Shown: in pieces, positions 48,201-49,309 of the stretch
How the letters are laid out: each line of letters opens with the position of its first letter
Numbering within the stretch: position 1 is the first letter of the stretch
Assembly (NCBI GenBank): GCA_013115145.1
Contig: JAAPAO010000232.1
Coordinates: 1 to 49,309 of the forward strand
Direction: 5' to 3'
Length of the DNA: 49,309 nucleotides
From: Perkinsus chesapeaki ATCC PRA-425
Taxonomy: Eukaryota; Protista; Perkinsozoa
Translations under genes and position numbers: made by a program
Notes under the pieces: model-generated
What the model was told of the DNA's origin: nothing
The model's database searches: none
What the model saw: only the letters and a program-made list of their open reading frames with translations

Positions 48201-48640
48201 TTTCTTCAAACCTCCAAAGATAGTCGGCAGTACGATAACGGTGAGGTCTCGGGTTCGAATCCCAGAGGCGGCAGTTATTCCCACTTTTTTAGGCTGCCGG
48301 TAAGGACTACTCCTGCAGTGGTGTTGAGCAAACGATCAGCTATTTAAATAAGAATTACGATATCTCTTTAAAATGCGAAGAGAAGCCATCGAATCTCCAC
48401 TGCAAAAGCCGCAGCGGTTCGTCCCAATTCGCGCTGCAATTTGGTCTCTTCAAGGAAGTCACGGTATGAATTAAAACGGATGAATCGATTTTACGGTTTT
48501 TCTATCAGATTGCGATGCATCAAACCCTGCTGGATAGCTGCCCTTATGTTATGGGCGATGGCGTCACCGGTGAAACATCTGCCGCTACCTTGTTGATCAA
48601 AGATGGCGTGAAGGACGTTGGCAATCGGCTAGTTCAAGTG
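45284..48640 (+). CDS. Cluster of multi-exon genes (about three) containing six copies of an unrecognised Cys / F-x-D / FA-x-x-WG repeat domain
   Basis: Spliced in-frame models start at 45284, about 46282 and 47662, each carrying C-x(11-26)-aromatic-x-hydrophobic-x3-C ... [FL]-x-F-[KE]-D ... FA-x-x-WG-type units; gene boundaries uncertain. Confidence 0.65.
46571..46599 (-). other. Isolated tRNA 3'-end fragment, antisense, inside a 53-nt intron (46552-46604)
   Basis: Minus strand GCAGG-TTCGAAT-CCCAG-TGAGAGC-A-TTTT. Confidence 0.7.
48244..48273 (+). other. Isolated tRNA 3'-end fragment inside a 52-nt intron (48241-48292)
   Basis: AGGTC-TCGGG-TTCGAAT-CCCAG-AGGCGGC-A; removing the intron restores the frame into repeat copy 6. 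Confidence 0.7.
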
Positions 48641-49205
48641 AGACTCTCTCCGCTGAGGATACCTTGTTTACTTTTCCGGTGAAGACTTTCTTTCTTGCAT
48701 TCTTCCGTGGAAGAACTTGAAGCTGTCTGTTGTGTATTGCTGCATTAAAATGCTCGTCGTTTCGGCAAGATGTTATTCCACAATTTTGAAGACTGAAATC
48801 TACGGAGTAGAAGTTTTAATCATTTTTTGGATGACGTGAAACGTTTCGGAAATTGACCCGTTTCAAAGTTCACGTGGCATTCTCTCCAGACCTCCAAGGG
48901 CAAGGCTGAATCCTGCGAGCCAGTCGAACCGCATATGATGTGGGTGAACGGAAAGTAAGCTCGACGCCTCGGGCAGCTTGAAACTCATTTGATCGATTAA
49001 GATACGCTTTTTCGAGCCAGTGCGGCGGCAAACAAACGAAGATCGGTTGCAGCGCCAAAAGTGCGGCAGAAGACTTCGCCTGGGGATGGGGAGACGCTGA
49101 GATCTCTGATGTGAGGAGGATGGGTGGTGAACGGAGATGAGTTAATGTCGAATTCAGAAGGAATGTGTCCGATCTTCGACTAGCAAGCGAGATATTCTTC
49201 TACCG

Positions 49206-49309
49206 TATTTCCTATCAATTTCCTTTCTATTATATTTCCTCCTCCGTATCACTAGTAACATATTTCCTATCAAACTCCTTTCTATTATATCTCCTCCTCC
49301 GTATCACTA
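49206..49309. repeat. 55-bp tandem repeat, 1.9 copies visible, truncated by the window end
   Basis: TATTTCCTATCAATTTCCTTTCTATTATATTTCCTCCTCCGTATCACTAGTAACA followed by a near-identical copy from 49261 with three substitutions. Confidence 0.9.

Overview
Eukaryotic, gene-dense, intron-rich alveolate DNA, most consistent with Perkinsus (inferred from very short GT-AG introns, a P4-ATPase/guanylyl-cyclase fusion and an intronless aspartic protease). Protein genes form three same-strand blocks. Plus strand 0.2-20.1 kb: THUMP-type RNA methyltransferase, ferlin-like multi-C2 protein, choline/ethanolamine phosphotransferase, five tandem intronless ABHD/YheT hydrolases, a coiled-coil protein. Minus strand 20.4-36.1 kb: small secreted protein, pepsin-like protease, P4-ATPase-guanylyl cyclase, RPL28. 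Plus strand 36.8-48.6 kb: UBE2S-like E2, a DNAAF9/Shulin-like gene, and genes built from an unrecognised Cys/FA-x-x-WG repeat. Most striking observation: at least seven short introns, in four unrelated loci, each contain an isolated tRNA 3' end (T-arm, 7-nt acceptor strand, A discriminator, often a T-rich tail) with no 5' half. Two intact tRNA genes sit antisense inside introns of the DNAAF9-like gene. Exon models were built by hand and family assignments rest on recalled motifs, not database searches.
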